The notes under the pieces were generated by a model that saw only the letters and a list, made by a program, of their open reading frames with translations, did not search any database and had not been told where the DNA came from. A stretch of DNA of 63,875 bases, filler included, from Octopus bimaculoides (lineage: Eukaryota): assembly GCF_001194135.2 (NCBI RefSeq). It is 5 parts of 5 records of this genome, joined end to end, with 100 filler letters (N's around TTAATTAATTAA, not from the genome) between each part and the next. Parts side by side here need not be neighbours in the genome. Positions count along the whole stretch, not along the records: positions 1 to 23,225 come from NC_068983.1; positions 23,326 to 32,012 come from NC_069007.1; 3 more parts are not named here. One strand, written 5' to 3'. Position 1 is the first letter of the stretch. Every line of letters begins with the position of its first letter. Positions 12,451 through 26,280 of the stretch are shown here, piece after piece. A program made the position numbers and the translations under genes.

Positions 12451-14227
12451 GCACATATATCCAGTGGCACAACATAAGGAAACTAAAGGTTCATCTAAAT
12501 AAATGAGAACTCCTATACAATGAGCTTGTTTAACTCTCACAGCTTCTACCATGTCTGTTTAATTCTATATTATCAACTGCATGATTTTTTCCCATCTGGC
12601 TGCAAAATTTATAAGTTTCAATAAGGTAGCAAATTGACACCGCGACGCCGTTTGAAGAACAATCTTTTTATATTTCTTTTGTAACACAAATATGAAAACA
12701 AAGAACCCACATATGCGCCAAAGTTACTGAAACATCTGAAATCACACCAAATTAGAATCTAAAGCTGTGTCACCATCATATCCAGTTAATCACAAAGAAT
12801 CATATACCAAATGAGTATTTTTGACCCCTAAAGTTATAGTTACTATTCGTTTATTTTACCATGCAAAAGAAGCTGGAGAACTAAATAAACGAGGCACGCC
12901 CTAGATACTACAAGGCTCTCTATACGGAGACCAACTGCATGACAGAGTTTACAGTAGGACAATTATGAAAAATCGATGAAGTACAACAATCAAAGAAGTT
13001 CATAACCATTGATTAGACAATTTACATACCATTCGATTGGATTTACTCTCCGTACAGATAGTTTTGTGTTTCTGAGGTGTGAGCAAATAATTAAGCCATA
13101 CCATATTCTACTCAGTGACGGCACTGAATTAGCATTTAGGAAAGTTTTAATCTGTCTAACATACAACTGTTAAAATGTTTTACATTAAATACGAGATTAA
13201 TCGAGAAGTAAATGTCACGATTTGGCAAATAATATCCCATGTGATAAGAAATCGTATAAAATCTTGTGACTTAATGGCTATCCACAGCATTTTCCTGAAC
13301 TACGATCAAAAAGAATGACAGATGACCTTTCAGTATACATGTTTCTCCGGGATTCCATATCTTAGATTAATTTCGCTACAAACAGGGAAAGGTTGAACAT
13401 AAAATTTACTCATTTCAAGATAATTGCTAATAAATTGCGTATGAACAAAGTGGACACTTGAGTCTGTCAAGTGCACACACTTGCCAAATGTCCGATTAAA
13501 ATATTGAGAAATAACTTGAAGCCAACGAAATATATCCAGGCATCTGTAAGATACAAGGGCGGAGATTATATAGGGGATGCCAATAATTCTCTAGCAACGT
13601 TTTAATGAATAAAGGAACATATATATGTTTTTATATTATTAATAAAATTATTAACAATATTCACAGGAAATCTATATTCAAATTTCTGAAAGATATGTTT
13701 TATATAAAGGAATATGATTCTGTCCACCCTCTTCACAAACATTAGAGAATATTTGAATGCGAGATGATCCAAGCTTCCCACAAATAATATATAACATTTG
13801 AAGATAAGTATACATAGGTACATAAACATAATCATATTTAAACATTCAATAGAAATATCGACATCAACAAATTGAAAATGAGATATTGAAATTGAACATT
13901 TAAATCTGAAAATGTCAAATATTAAAAACTCATGAGATATAGGATTAACTGATATTAATTACACATTCCAACTCGAGTCAATAAGGAGGAACCTCATATT
14001 CCGTCCACTAGAGGTAGCAGCTAGATATTCCTTAATTGCATGCTACTGTCTTCAAAAAATAAAGAGCAAACGGGCCGGTACCGGCTGGAATGTCTCTAAA
14101 ATGCCTCTGATAATAATTACCTCCAACACTGCATGTAAGTGCATGCTTCTTATTTTATGTTTATTGTAATATCATAAATTATATTGTTATATTTCAGGCT
14201 GGTCACTTTCGTTTTGCACCCCCCCAA

Positions 14228-14270
<43 letters not shown>

Positions 14271-14364
14271 ACTCACTATATATATAAGTGTTTGTGTGTG
14301 TGTGTGTACATGCGTGTGTTTTTGTGTGTATGTGTATGTATGTATGTATGTATGTATATTGGCC

Positions 14365-14632
14365 CTTCACTTCAGATTTATTTTATTATTGTTCTTGTTT
14401 CATGTCCTATGTCTGGCAACCTTTCGTCACACATACTGAGACCTCTTCAGCAACTCTCCATACCTTGTGAATTCTGTCTGGTCTAGTCCATTTTGTCTTT
14501 CTTTGGTCTAAACAGGATCGGATGAGGCACGTGGGATTGAGAGTCGCTGAAAAGGTTACAGGATGTGTGACGAAAGATTTCCAGACATAGAACATAAAAT
14601 GAGAACAATAATAAAAGAAATCTGAAGTGAAG
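14365..14632. repeat. Diverged head-to-head inverted repeat, each arm with a decayed hammerhead motif
   Basis: 14365-14457 is about the reverse complement of 14539-14632. Minus arm gttgCTGAAGAggtctcagtatgtgtgacGAAAggttgccagac; plus arm gtcgCTGAAAAggttacaggatgtgtgacGAAAgatttccagac. The inferred consensus stem II is gtcaca/tgtgac. Confidence 0.8.
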
Positions 14633-15688
14633 AACGAATATACAGTGCGTGTATTTATTTGGCAAAAAAATGATCGTCGCGAAATTCAACAATACCTGTT
14701 TTAACACACGATTTTACATCAAGAATCTTGCAAAACAAATACGTAAACGTAATATAAAATTATAATTATATAAAATACTTTTCAGTTTGTTTCCTTGCCT
14801 CCGTCCCTCCCTCTCCAATCTCTTTCATATCTTTTCATTTGTCATTATATTTTCATTAACATTTGACGAGGTGCCACTAGCTTAGTAATGCCACTGTCAC
14901 TTATTACTCCCTAGTTGCATTCTTACCCTTCGGACGTGCAGTCACTGGAAGAATAGATAAAGACCTGGACAAAATCCCTTGCAATATTTAGTTTCGTGTA
15001 AGTTCCTTTGCATTTTGAATACAAGTCCTGCTGATGTTGACTTTGCTTTCACCCCTTCCGAGCCCTTGGCGTAAAGCACTAGGCAAATACCGTACCCTCA
15101 CACTTTTGTGATGCTTTTATACGTTAGAAATTTATTATTGTTCTCTGAAATAGATTCACCATTATATCACTATCACATCACATCATACAAATCACATTTT
15201 CCTGGAGCCTTGGATATGTGCTTTAAAAAGCCTCTTCATCTATTCTGATGCATCATGTGCAGGTGCATATGCACTGACGCTTACAGTTTGACTGCCACTC
15301 TACGTCACTGATGATTTGATTTTCAGATAGTTACATCTCCTGTTATCCTACATATCACTGTAAGATTATTATATCATCACAGCACTTTAAAATTTTCTTT
15401 CGTTAAATCAACGAATCTCAAAAGCATCTTGAAATTCCATTTAGAATATTTATTTCTTTTAGTTTTCCCAGCTTGTAAATGATAGCGTAGGATTTTATAT
15501 TCATATTTCATTGGAAACTTAAGGGATAACATTTTGCGATGAACTTCTTTTAAAACTACTTAGCTTACTTTCATTCTCGATGAGTAAATGTTACGTATGT
15601 TGTCTGAATATCCGGTGAAACTTGTAACTAATTATATAACTACATCAAATTTCATTCGATAATCAAATACCATAAGGCAAAATATGTA

Positions 15689-15726
<38 letters not shown>

Positions 15727-15763
15727 GAAGCTACCGGGTAAGATAGTTTCTAAGACAGCCAGC

Positions 15764-15829
<66 letters not shown>

Positions 15830-16599
15830 AGTGTAGCCAAAAGAGGAGGAAATAAGATGTTCTGTCTTGGGTGGTATGTTTTTGGAGCACCTCTTCTGTC
15901 TATTGTATACAAAAAAAATCTTACAGAACAGAAAAATACACCAGATACAAATTTCTATCACAAACACTAATTCTTGTCGAGAAATTTGGGCAATGACACG
16001 AGTAGCGTTTCCTTGAAGAAGGCTTTATTTTCTCTATATCTACTAAAGCACTTAGGGGTGCCTAACTGATAATAACATTGGTATTAATGTATTTATTTCA
16101 TCAAAAATATTTAAAGAAACAATTTAATTCTGTAAATATGTTGAATCAAGAGTAATAATACGGAAGTAAAATTTTATGCAAGTTCAAATTTCTGTTGTAA
16201 CATAATGCAGTATTATCGTTTATGAATGATTTGCCACAGAGGATATCCTCATCGGTAACGCTATAAGCACTTTGAAATATTACTGTCCAGATCTGACACC
16301 TACAGCAAGATATACTCTACCATTTTGCGGCAGGTACGTTTCATAAAATGCACTCCGAGAGTTTGTATTGCATTAGAACTCATCAAAAAGATATGCGGAC
16401 TGATTTTTATATGATTTTTACGAGATGCAGTCAATAATGAGGATCATGCATAATACAATGACGTGTTCCTCATTTCAGCTACTCAGACTCCTTCATTACT
16501 TTTGTCTCAAACTCCCGATAGAGGAAGAACTCAAGAAAAAACAAACATTTCTAGTACAATCATATATCCGCAGATATGATCCTGCATCCAAGTTTTTTT

Positions 16600-17220
16600 C
16601 CTAAGATCTTCACAAGATTATCGATTTAATCTGCTAAGCACCAAGTATTTGGGTTGGTCAGATGTCACATGTTTATCATAGAAAGGCAAAAAAGGTATTG
16701 CCATATCTTAATCTCGCTAACATGAGACTCATTCCAAACCGCTTTACTCTGTCTCATCAGATTGTTTAGACTCTCTCTCAGTGACATGGAGATTCCAGTA
16801 CTGTTAAAACCCAAACGCTTCGTGCTTCCCGAGTGGCCCTCAAGAGCTATTCACTTTCTATGAAAAACAACAAATATACCAAAGCCATTTATCAAGAAAT
16901 AAATAGGTTACAATCGCTAAGCCTCTTTCAGAAGAATAGCACCACAGAACGCAACCTTCCAAATTTGATTGGACAGCATAAAATTTGTAACAGGTAACTT
17001 GTTCTAAGCGCTCCTGAGCAAAGCCTTCCGTGATCATGCACACAATTCAGTTGAATTTTGCAATTCTATAAATTCCGACTAAAGTGTCTTCAAATATATA
17101 TAAAAAAAAGGCACTCGTGCTGCAAAACGTCTGAGATAAAGTAACCCAATTCTGGTAGATAAAATACAGCAGCAGCAAATGCAACAGTGCATGCATAGAT
17201 TATGGTGAAAATGTTTAGTT
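16600..17220 (+). mobile_element. Decayed CR1-like LINE RT C-terminal remnant
   Basis: KYLG, KVLPYLNLA and LQSLSLF..LIGQHKICNR resemble the CR1 RT thumb region. Heavily broken. Confidence 0.4.
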
Positions 17221-17951
17221 CTATTTCTGGACAAAGATGCTTGTTGAGATTTCGTGTCCAAATTGATGGAAATGAGCATAAATGTGTCTAGAAATACGTC
17301 GCATATTCAGTAGCATGTTCAAATTGGATATTCGGTTGTAGATCACAGAATGAGTGAATAGATTTGATCACACTTCGAGTAAATAGATCTCATTTGTCTC
17401 ATACATACATACATACATACATACATACAGGGACATACAAAAATACATACATGTATGCATATATGGTATATATATATATATATATAAGAGGAATGACCAC
17501 TAAATGGACATCCCTTTTGCTAGAAGACCACCTACGATCTGATCACTAAGCAAAGATTGTTCTCAAGAAAATTCAGCAAACACCAGAACGTAAGCGAGCA
17601 AGACAAATGAAAAGATACAAAATATAAAGATTAATCATACACTGTTTTCGTTGTTAACTACTAACGTAATTATCTGCAACTCTTCACTCTGGTCGTCTTA
17701 GCAATATAATTTGCAGAATTATACACGAGACGTCCACACGAGGTTGAAAATGTATATAGTTCTACCAATTAGATTTGGGGTTATATTTCAAAAGTCTTCG
17801 TTTTGGCGCGCCAAATACCGGAAATAATTCTGCAGAAAAGAATTTTCTGCAGTTAATTTTGCCGATTATTTAAATTTAAATAATAAGGGTGAAAACTTTT
17901 TCACCTTTATTATTTAAATTTAATTATTTATATATGTATGCATGTATTATG

Positions 17952-17991
<40 letters not shown>

Positions 17992-18003
17992 CATGTATAT
18001 ATA

Positions 18004-18039
<36 letters not shown>

Positions 18040-18980
18040 TAAACATGTACGTATTTATGTGTATGTGCGTGTGTGTATGTGTGTGCGTGTGCGTGTGTGT
18101 ATATATGTATGTGTGTGTATGTATGTATGTATGCAAGTGTGTATATGTATATATATATATATATATAATTATAATAAAGATACATATATATAATTATAAT
18201 AAATATAAACGTATATATATATATAATTATCATTCTCCTTCTGTCTGTGTTTCTGTATCCTCCAATTTGGCCATTTTCCCACCTCTTAGTTTTGTATTAT
18301 ACTTCACTAAATATTTTGTTTTCTCACTTCTTATCATCGAGCATAGTAAACGCAAACAGAAATCAGCCACACATATATGTATGCACACACACATAACACA
18401 AAATCTCAAATATAATCACGCATATGTTCACACACATGGCATACTAGTTTATGGCACAAGACAAGCCTGCTGATGACAGCAGTTAACTAACTGCATACAC
18501 AGTAGCAGCTGTCACTATCAGAAACGGTTTAGATATTACAAGGAAATATCGATCTTTCACTACTTCCACCAGCCCCACTACATCATTACCAACACAATTA
18601 CTAGAGCGAAAATCACCAATACCAGTGCGAGTACAAGCACTATCACAGAGTCTAAACCTCCACAATCAACAAGGAAAACAAAAAGCAAACACATTTTACA
18701 TCAACGCAAATAGTACTTATCAATCTAAAATACTGCTAACACAATTTGAACCCACCTCAACCAAAAGACACAATCAAATGTACTATTGTGATAACATTAA
18801 TGCCATCACTAACTAGTACAATTCCTACTGCATGTCTCACACCTACCACGACCGTCACCGTTACGACAATTAGCTCTTAGATAAAACTATTTACACCTGT
18901 TATAAAATTATCTTTAACAAGCTAGTAACTCATGCACGTTCAGATACTGGGGGCTCGTGTTATTCTGGGTTATTTTTAAG

Positions 18981-19072
18981 TTTGTCGGGAATTTATAAAG
19001 ATTTACTCAAGGAAAATGGCTGCGAAAAAGAGCAAATGAGGAAGCTTAAAACACTATTTATATATTGCAATA
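18981..19072 (+). CDS. Candidate internal exon (LSGIYKDLLKENGCEKEQMRKLKTLFIYCN), unidentified
   Basis: tttttAAG acceptor, GTAAGA donor, only one of three frames open. Confidence 0.3.
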
Positions 19073-21223
19073 GTAAGAAGCAGCATATCAAGATATTGTT
19101 GCTTTTCAAATATTAAAACAAAATACTATCAGCCCAATATAATCATGAACCTGGTGGGGTTAAAACAGTCCTAACAAATTGTGTATTCTGCCCAGAAAAG
19201 ACACAACCTATCGCTCAGCTGTGATGTGAATATGTCTATCTATTATGTTTCTGAGTTCTTTTGGCAAGATGTTGAACAATTAAGGAACTCTAAATATCAT
19301 ACCGGTAAATTAGAGTGTGTTTGTCCGTGATGTCAAAGGTAGTATATTTGGAAGCTGACAGTATCTACCAGTTCCTACATTAACATTCTAAAGACGAGGT
19401 TTGGAACTAACCTCTCTAGGATTTTCCCTACATATTTGATAGAGTATCTCTCCCTTGAGCGTCAAGATAGCAAAGACACAGAGCTTTCAGACATTTCCTG
19501 TAATTGATGCTTTTAATCGAAGTTATTTTACCGATGAACGCTGCTTGTGACCTTTCATTTTCTTCATTGAGACCGGATGAGTTTGGAGACCAAATCTCAT
19601 AGCAGTAACAACCTGATTGTCTCAGAATTAAGGTTTTCTACAGTTTCCAAAAAAATATTGGACGATTAATGATGGACGCAATACTCAAAACTCAGCACGC
19701 TGACAAATCTAACAGTCAAAATTCAGTTTTACTGTTTCAAGCAGGTTCAGAAGAAAACAAAGGAAACTAGAAAAAAAAACAACTTGATAAATAGATAAAA
19801 CTAGAACTCACTCTTTCAGAACCTACAAACATACAGGCACACATGTATGTGCATGTGTGTTTGTATCTGTGCTCGTATTTATAGTTTAACTCAACATTGC
19901 AGTGTTCAATCAGTATCGTTTCTGTTTGATGAAATATAGAGCGATAAAATAAGTATTAGACTGATAAAAGTATTGCGAATGCTACGATCAACAAAAACGA
20001 ATATTGAAAGTGATGCAATGTGGTGCTCCAACACGACCATCGTCCAATGATTGTAACTAGTAACAAAATAAAAGAATAAGTATGAGGAGATCAGTAGACA
20101 TAAATTGCTAGTTTGTCGCTGTTAAAATATAGTAACAGTGAGCCAGAGTGCAAGCGAGTTAAGTAAATAATTGATAGATGGATAAATTAATATTCATAAA
20201 TGACTAGACGGCAAACAAATATTTAGACTAACGTATAGAATACTAAATCAGTTATGGAAGATCTGTAATGAGATAGAGACTAACAAACTGACATATTACA
20301 TTGTGTTAGACTATAACAGATAACACGGGTTAAAACAGGATACGCGTTCTGAAGATTTTGCCAACAAACAATACAAAATGACAAATTGAGTGAAGGACAA
20401 GAAAAACGACAAACAGACAAATTTGTATGGGATAGATTGACAAATTGAATTAGGGAAGACTGATAAAAAATGGAAATAAGCTGAACAGTGAAACAGACGG
20501 ACAAATTGATGCATGGACAGACAAATAGACATACTGACATACTGCTATAGGGAGAAACAAACAAATAGATTTAATGATTTAGGGACAAGGAAAGCTAATG
20601 AAGCTTGTCTACAAGATTCAACTAATGAAGTGAGTTTATTGGTATCTTACTTATTGAGACTTACATAGACACACACAAACATGCATACGTGCTGACGTAG
20701 TTGTAATTACATGTGTGCAGAAGAGAAAAGGAGATAAATATGTGTTCAATCATACAAAGACAGACGGAATGATGTTTGCTGTCATTTGAACAGCAATAAT
20801 GAAAACAGGGAGGAAATTGTAACAAAAGAAATAACAAAGAGAACATGGTTTATACTAGTTGGAAGGCAAAAAGGAAGAGAATAATGATGGTGAAGAAAAT
20901 GGAATGATAATTACGAAGAGGGAAGGAAGAAAACTGTAGAAAACTGAAGAATGAAGGCTGGGAAAAATAAATGGCTGAATATATAGTTTAAAAACGGGGA
21001 AGAAAAATATAGTGAAATGAACATGATGTTGAAAGTGATATGGAACGAGGAAATTAACAAAACAAAAGAGGAATATAGAAATCAATGACACTAAGAGTGC
21101 AAAGCAACAGGGACAGACGTTTGAAAGCTGTCAAAAGTATGTTATTAAATCGTTGACAGTGCCTGATGCTCAAAAGGCTGTTTTTAGATACGCAGATGCG
21201 TGTGTGTGTATATGTGAAGTCTC

Positions 21224-21265
<42 letters not shown>

Positions 21266-22235
21266 NNNNNNNNNNNNNNNNNNNNNNNNNNNNNNNNNNN
21301 NNNNNNNNNNNNNNNNNNNNNNNNNNNNNNNNNNNNNNNNNNNNNNNNNNNNNNNNNNNNNNNNNNNNNNNNNNNNNNNNNNNNNNNNNNNNNNNNNNNN
21401 NNNNNNNNNAACAATTCTGCCGGGTAGCTCAGAATAGAGTATTATGTACTCTTAACTGTGAAACAATTGTACTAAATTAACTAAAGGCAAGTGTTTTTTT
21501 TGCTCTTCTCTACTGTTTTTTGTTCTGTGTGTATCAAAAATATCGCTATCAATCTAGAGTAATAATTTGTAGTTTTGAAATCAGTAGTTTTTTGACTGCT
21601 ATTTCTGAATTCTCAGTATGTTGGAGAAGCAGGTTACTGTCAATCCCTATATATTTATAATATATATATATATATAGATATATATATATATATATAGATA
21701 GATAGATAGATAGATAGATAGACAGACAGGCAAGTATCGACATATATATATATAGTTAAAAATACATGTATATGTGTATGAGGTAGAGAGTGCGTGTGTG
21801 TATGAATGCATGCATGCATGTATGTATGTACATATACATATTTTATATATGTTTATATATATACATAGAGAAGGCACATTGTATCTTTTGTGTGTACGTG
21901 TATTCATAATAAAAAAAAAGAAAATAAGAACTTCAAGACAATGATTGATGTGGACGTTGCAGTTAAAGCTATTAAAGTGTTTGCGAAAGTATTCTAGACT
22001 GCACTACTTGTTGACCTTAAGTTTCAAAGAAATGGTGAATTAGCTAAGAAAATAAGGTGAAGATTTGTGGCGTATATTAGTCTGTGACGATTTGCAAAGC
22101 ACTAATTCTATGAGTTTACTCCTTTGTGGCTGTTATGCTTGTCAATTTACAACTTGTTTCAAATAAACTAGAAATTTTTCATTATTTACATTATTTACAT
22201 TTGACGGAAATTTGTTCTCATTTTGTTTGTTGTTA

Positions 22236-22279
22236 ACACAACGTTTCGGCTGATATACCCTCCAGCCTTCATCAGGTGT
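22236..22279 (-). ncRNA. Minimal type I hammerhead ribozyme
   Basis: acac-CTGATGA-a-ggctg gagggtatat cagcc-GAAA-cgt-t-gtgt: 4-bp stem I, 5-bp stem II, palindromic ACGT stem III, GUU triplet. Confidence 0.8.
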
Positions 22280-22355
22280 GTTGGGGAAATTTCGAACCTG
22301 GGTTCTTATTCCTAAGGTATTTTTCGATGTTATTATTTGTAGTATTATTAATATT

Positions 22356-22428
22356 CAGGTCATTGTTTGGAATCGAACTCGGAATTTTGGGGTTAGTAGC
22401 CCGCACTCTTAACCACTATGCCATATGC
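22356..22428 (-). promoter_or_regulatory. tRNA-like Pol III internal promoter cassette (A box/B box)
   Basis: A box TGGCATAGTGG (22413-22423), B box GAGTTCGATTCC (22369-22380), and a 7-nt anticodon-like loop CTACTAA. Acceptor and anticodon stems are imperfect, so it is not a functional tRNA. Confidence 0.75.
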
Positions 22429-23004
22429 CGTGGGAATTTATGGAGGGAATTTTAGGGCTTATAAATCTAATATTTTTCTATCCTTCCTGAATACCGGTTT
22501 CCGTATGCTGCTCATATCTGCACTTAGTCTACTTAGGAGGTTGTTGTATCCTACAATATGTGCTGCTTCTTTTAGATTTCGTATTTTCAAATGGTGTTCT
22601 GTCTATTATTTTAACTTCATCCCACAGGAGGGCAGGGTTTCCATTTTTCCATACATGATCAGCTATACCCGATGTATCAATATCTCCTCGTGTCACAGGT
22701 TTGCGATGTTCGTCTACCTTTATTTTGAGGGGGCGGGTTTTTCGCCTTTGTATTACCTACCACAGCTGCATGGGATGGAGTGCACGCAGTCTTTGGTTAT
22801 ATTCTCTTCTATTAGTTGTTTTAATCGAAGGAGATAATACATCACTTCGCAAATATAAAATAGTGGGAGAAAAGGAGGTGAAACAATAAGAGAGAGAAAG
22901 AGAGAAAAGCGAAAGAGTAAAAAGATCGTATAGAGCGCGCATCAGATGTATTAAGATAAAACTCACGTGGCGTTCAGTCATATGATAATATAAATAATAT
23001 ATAT

Positions 23005-23200
23005 ATTCGAAACGCCAGTGTTAGAATGGTGGTAGCTGATGAAGGAAAATGTTCTCTATGTGGCCTGTGTGTTTTCTGTACTCTGGTTATTATTTTTTTG
23101 TCTACGTTATGTTTGCAACGTCCTGTACCCAGATATGCATCTATATATACAGGTAGATGTAGGTATGCACATACATGTACGTATATATGCATATACTCAT
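23005..23200 (+). mobile_element. Penelope pLTR-like repeat with HHR half-motifs (family also at 30525 and 34370)
   Basis: ttcGAAACGCC..tagCTGATGAagg..gcAACGTCctgtaccc..gatatgcat..gtagatgta is shared with 30525-30720 (+) and 34370-34590 (-). Confidence 0.6.
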
Positions 23201-23269
23201 TTATTATATATATATATATATATATNNNNNNNNNNNNNNNNNNNNNNNNNNNNNNNNNNNNNNNNNNNN

Positions 23270-23281
23270 TTAATTAATTAA
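23270..23281. other. Artificial gap spacer TTAATTAATTAA (also 32057-32068, 53958-53969, 62762-62773)
   Basis: Each copy is flanked by exactly 44 N per side (100 nt total) and the 12-mer gives stops in all six frames. Confidence 0.95.
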
Positions 23282-23766
23282 NNNNNNNNNNNNNNNNNNN
23301 NNNNNNNNNNNNNNNNNNNNNNNNNGTGGTGGTCGTGGAGGTGGTGGTCGTGGAGGTGGTGGTACTGGTGGTGGTGGTGGTGGTGACAACTGTCATGATA
23401 GCAGTGATGATGATGGTGATGGAGCAGTGGTAATGATGATGATGATAGTGATGGTGATTAGGGGTAGAGGGTGATAATAGTGATAAAGGTGGTGATGGTG
23501 ATGATGTACACCATTTTATAGTCTGTTCCCCCCAAACACACAACCGCCATCTCCACTTCTCTGTATGGAAATCTTTCCATCTTCCTTTTAAGATCTCTCC
23601 AAATTATGTCTTCTTTTCATCACCTCTTCATGCACACACATATATACATATATATACATATACACACATCACAAACGTACATACATACATACATATATAT
23701 ACGTATATATATATATACATACATACATATACACATACATATATATACATATGTACATACATATAA

Positions 23767-23797
<31 letters not shown>

Positions 23798-23908
23798 CAT
23801 ATATGCATACATCTATACATACACACACATACATATATGCATACATATATAGATACACACATATACACACATATACATGAGTGCACACATGCATATGTAC
23901 ACATATAT

Positions 23909-23957
<49 letters not shown>

Positions 23958-24706
23958 CATACATACATACATACATACATAGATATATAAATATATATAC
24001 ATACATATATATATATATATACATACGTACGTACATACATATATATATACAAACATATACATACATACACATACATATATACATATACATACATACATAC
24101 ATATACATACATACATATACACATACATATACATACATACGTACAAACACACACACACACACACATATATACATACATATATATACACACGCACATACAC
24201 ACATACAAATATACTTTTTGTTTTTATGGAATGAAGTCAAGCTGTTTTCTATTCCTGCTTGGCTACCATATAAAAATGGATTGCGTATATACATATAAGC
24301 GTACACACACATGTGTGTGTATGTGTGTACGAGTGTGCACGCGTGTGCATATGTCTGTGTGTGTGCATGTGTGTATATATACACGTGTGCATGTGCGTTA
24401 AGAGTTTTTAGCTGGAATAAACCTTTCAAAATCAATACCAGTCCTGTCTTCACTTGCACATTAAATCTTGCTTGCTAGCTTCTACACAGCCCCCACCCAA
24501 CCCCCTACGCACCCCCACTCCCCTGCCCTGCCTGTTTTAATCCACAGAATATTGATTTTCCCTTCCCACTCATTGCAAGGCCAATGTTTCCACGAAGGGG
24601 AGTGGTGAACGGCTGAGGAGGCTGGATGGACAGCTGAACGGTCCAACCTTGAAGTATCACTGGTTGCTTAGTATATCGAATTGTCTTTCCTGCCGACCCA
24701 GCCAAG

Positions 24707-24943
24707 GTGAAGGAACGGCTGTGTGGTTAAGAAGCTTGCTTTGCAACTGAATGAGCTTAGGTTCGATCCCACTGCATGGCACCTCGGGCAAGTGTCTTCT
24801 ATTATAGCGCTAGACCAACTGATGGCTTGTGAGAAAACATCGATGGAAACTGTGTAGAACCCCATCATAAATGTGTGTGTGTGTGTGTGTGTGTCTATAT
24901 ATATATATGCACACGTGTGTGTGTGTCTATATATATATGCACA

Positions 24944-24974
<31 letters not shown>

Positions 24975-25215
24975 GCATACATGTGTGTGCATGTATATAT
25001 GCATACATGTGCGTGTGTATATACATGTGTGTGTGTGTATATACATGTATGTGTGTATACATGTGTGTTTATGCACACGTGTGTGTGTGTGTGTGTGCAT
25101 ATATATGCATACATGTGTGTGTGTGTATATATGCATACATATGTGTGTGTGCATGTATATATGCATACAAGTGTGTGTGTGCTTGCCACCACCACCACTT
25201 GACAACTTATGTCGG
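24707..25215 (+). mobile_element. tRNA-derived SINE family A (internal CA/TA microsatellite), diverged
   Basis: Head ggctgtgtggttaagaagcttgct..ggttcgatcccactgcatggcacctcgggcaagtgtcttcta, followed by the microsatellite and body. Confidence 0.85.
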
Positions 25216-25229
25216 TTTATTCTTTTTTT

Positions 25230-25620
25230 TTTACTTGCTTCAGTTATTTGCCTGTGGCCAAGCTGGAGCATCACCTTGAAAGGTTTTAGTCAAACAAATT
25301 GACCCCAGGACTTATTTATTAAGCCTAATACTTATTCTATTAGTCTCTTTTGCCAAACTGCTAAGTTACGAGAATGTAACGCACCAGCACCAATTGTCAA
25401 ATGGCGATGGGACCAACACTGACACAAAGACACACACACCCACATTCATATATACGATGGGCGTCTTCCAGTTTCTGCCTACCAAATCCACTCACAAGGC
25501 TTTGGTCAACCTGATGCTAAAAGTAGAAGACACTTGCCCAAGTTGCCATGCAGTGAGACTGAACTCGGAACCATGTGGTTGGGAAGCAAGCTTCTTACCA
25601 CACAGCCGTTCCACATCCTT
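25230..25620 (-). mobile_element. SINE family A, opposite orientation
   Basis: Reverse complement of the same head and body as 41372, 49305 and 54757. Confidence 0.85.
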
Positions 25621-25866
25621 GTAACTTAGTGGTTCAGCAACAGAATCCATTAGAATACCAGCCTTGAAAAATAAGTACTGTGGTTGATTTGCCCAACTAA
25701 AACAATTCAAGGCCATGCTCCAGTATGACCACAGTCCAATGACTGAAACATGGAAAAGATAGAAGACACTTTACCCCACCACCATCACTGCTATCATCGT
25801 TAACACCATAGAGGAAGGAAAGCCTAATTGAAGCATCACATATCTCTAACTTCCACCACAAGATCT

Positions 25867-26280
25867 CACCCTTATCATGGTGGCTTGTGCACCTCAAAAC
25901 CCCAAAAGCTATACCAGTGGAGTGTAAGCTCTTGGTAGGACTTCCCATACTGGACAGGTCAAAGAATAGGGGCCAAACTGATATGGACCACTTCTTCCCA
26001 GAAGTAAAAATGGGTTTGCATACAGCCAACGCCCTCTACCTAGCAAAGAGCAAAGTTACAGAGGCGGTGATGACAATTCAAACCAAACAAGACTTGGGAG
26101 AGAAAGGCCTTCTGCAAAACATTGCAGCAAAATCCAAAAGTAAACCAACGTCCTGCATTGCGCATCAGGCCCTGATCCAGAACCCACAAGGTTGGCAACA
26201 GGGAGGCCAGCAATTCATTGAACAGATCTAGTTTGGTGCTCTACCATTGCTGACAACTCACTGCACAATGAACTACAAGT
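25867..26280 (+). mobile_element. RTE-clade LINE 5' UTR / start, decayed
   Basis: acccttatcatggtggcttgtgcacctc..agctatacc..gtgtaagctcttggtagg..ggacaggtcaaag..ggggccaaactga resembles the conserved RTE/Rex3-type 5' UTR as I recall it. Confidence 0.55.

Larger units (their letters stand above)
22185..22840 (-). mobile_element. Penelope-like element 3' end (GIY-YIG endonuclease remnant plus 3' UTR/pLTR)
   Basis: CVHSIPCSCGR*YKGE, LKIKVDEHRK..SGIADHVWKNG..LWDEVKIID and KIRNLKEAAHI..NLLSR, with stop at 22458-22460. A tRNA-like cassette and an HHR follow. Confidence 0.9.

Noticed and set aside
18480-18870. Thr/Ser-rich mucin-like reading (also about 49990-50350 and 52660-53000)
   Set aside because: Decayed (ACC/ACT)n repeats with stops scattered across frames and no convincing splice structure.
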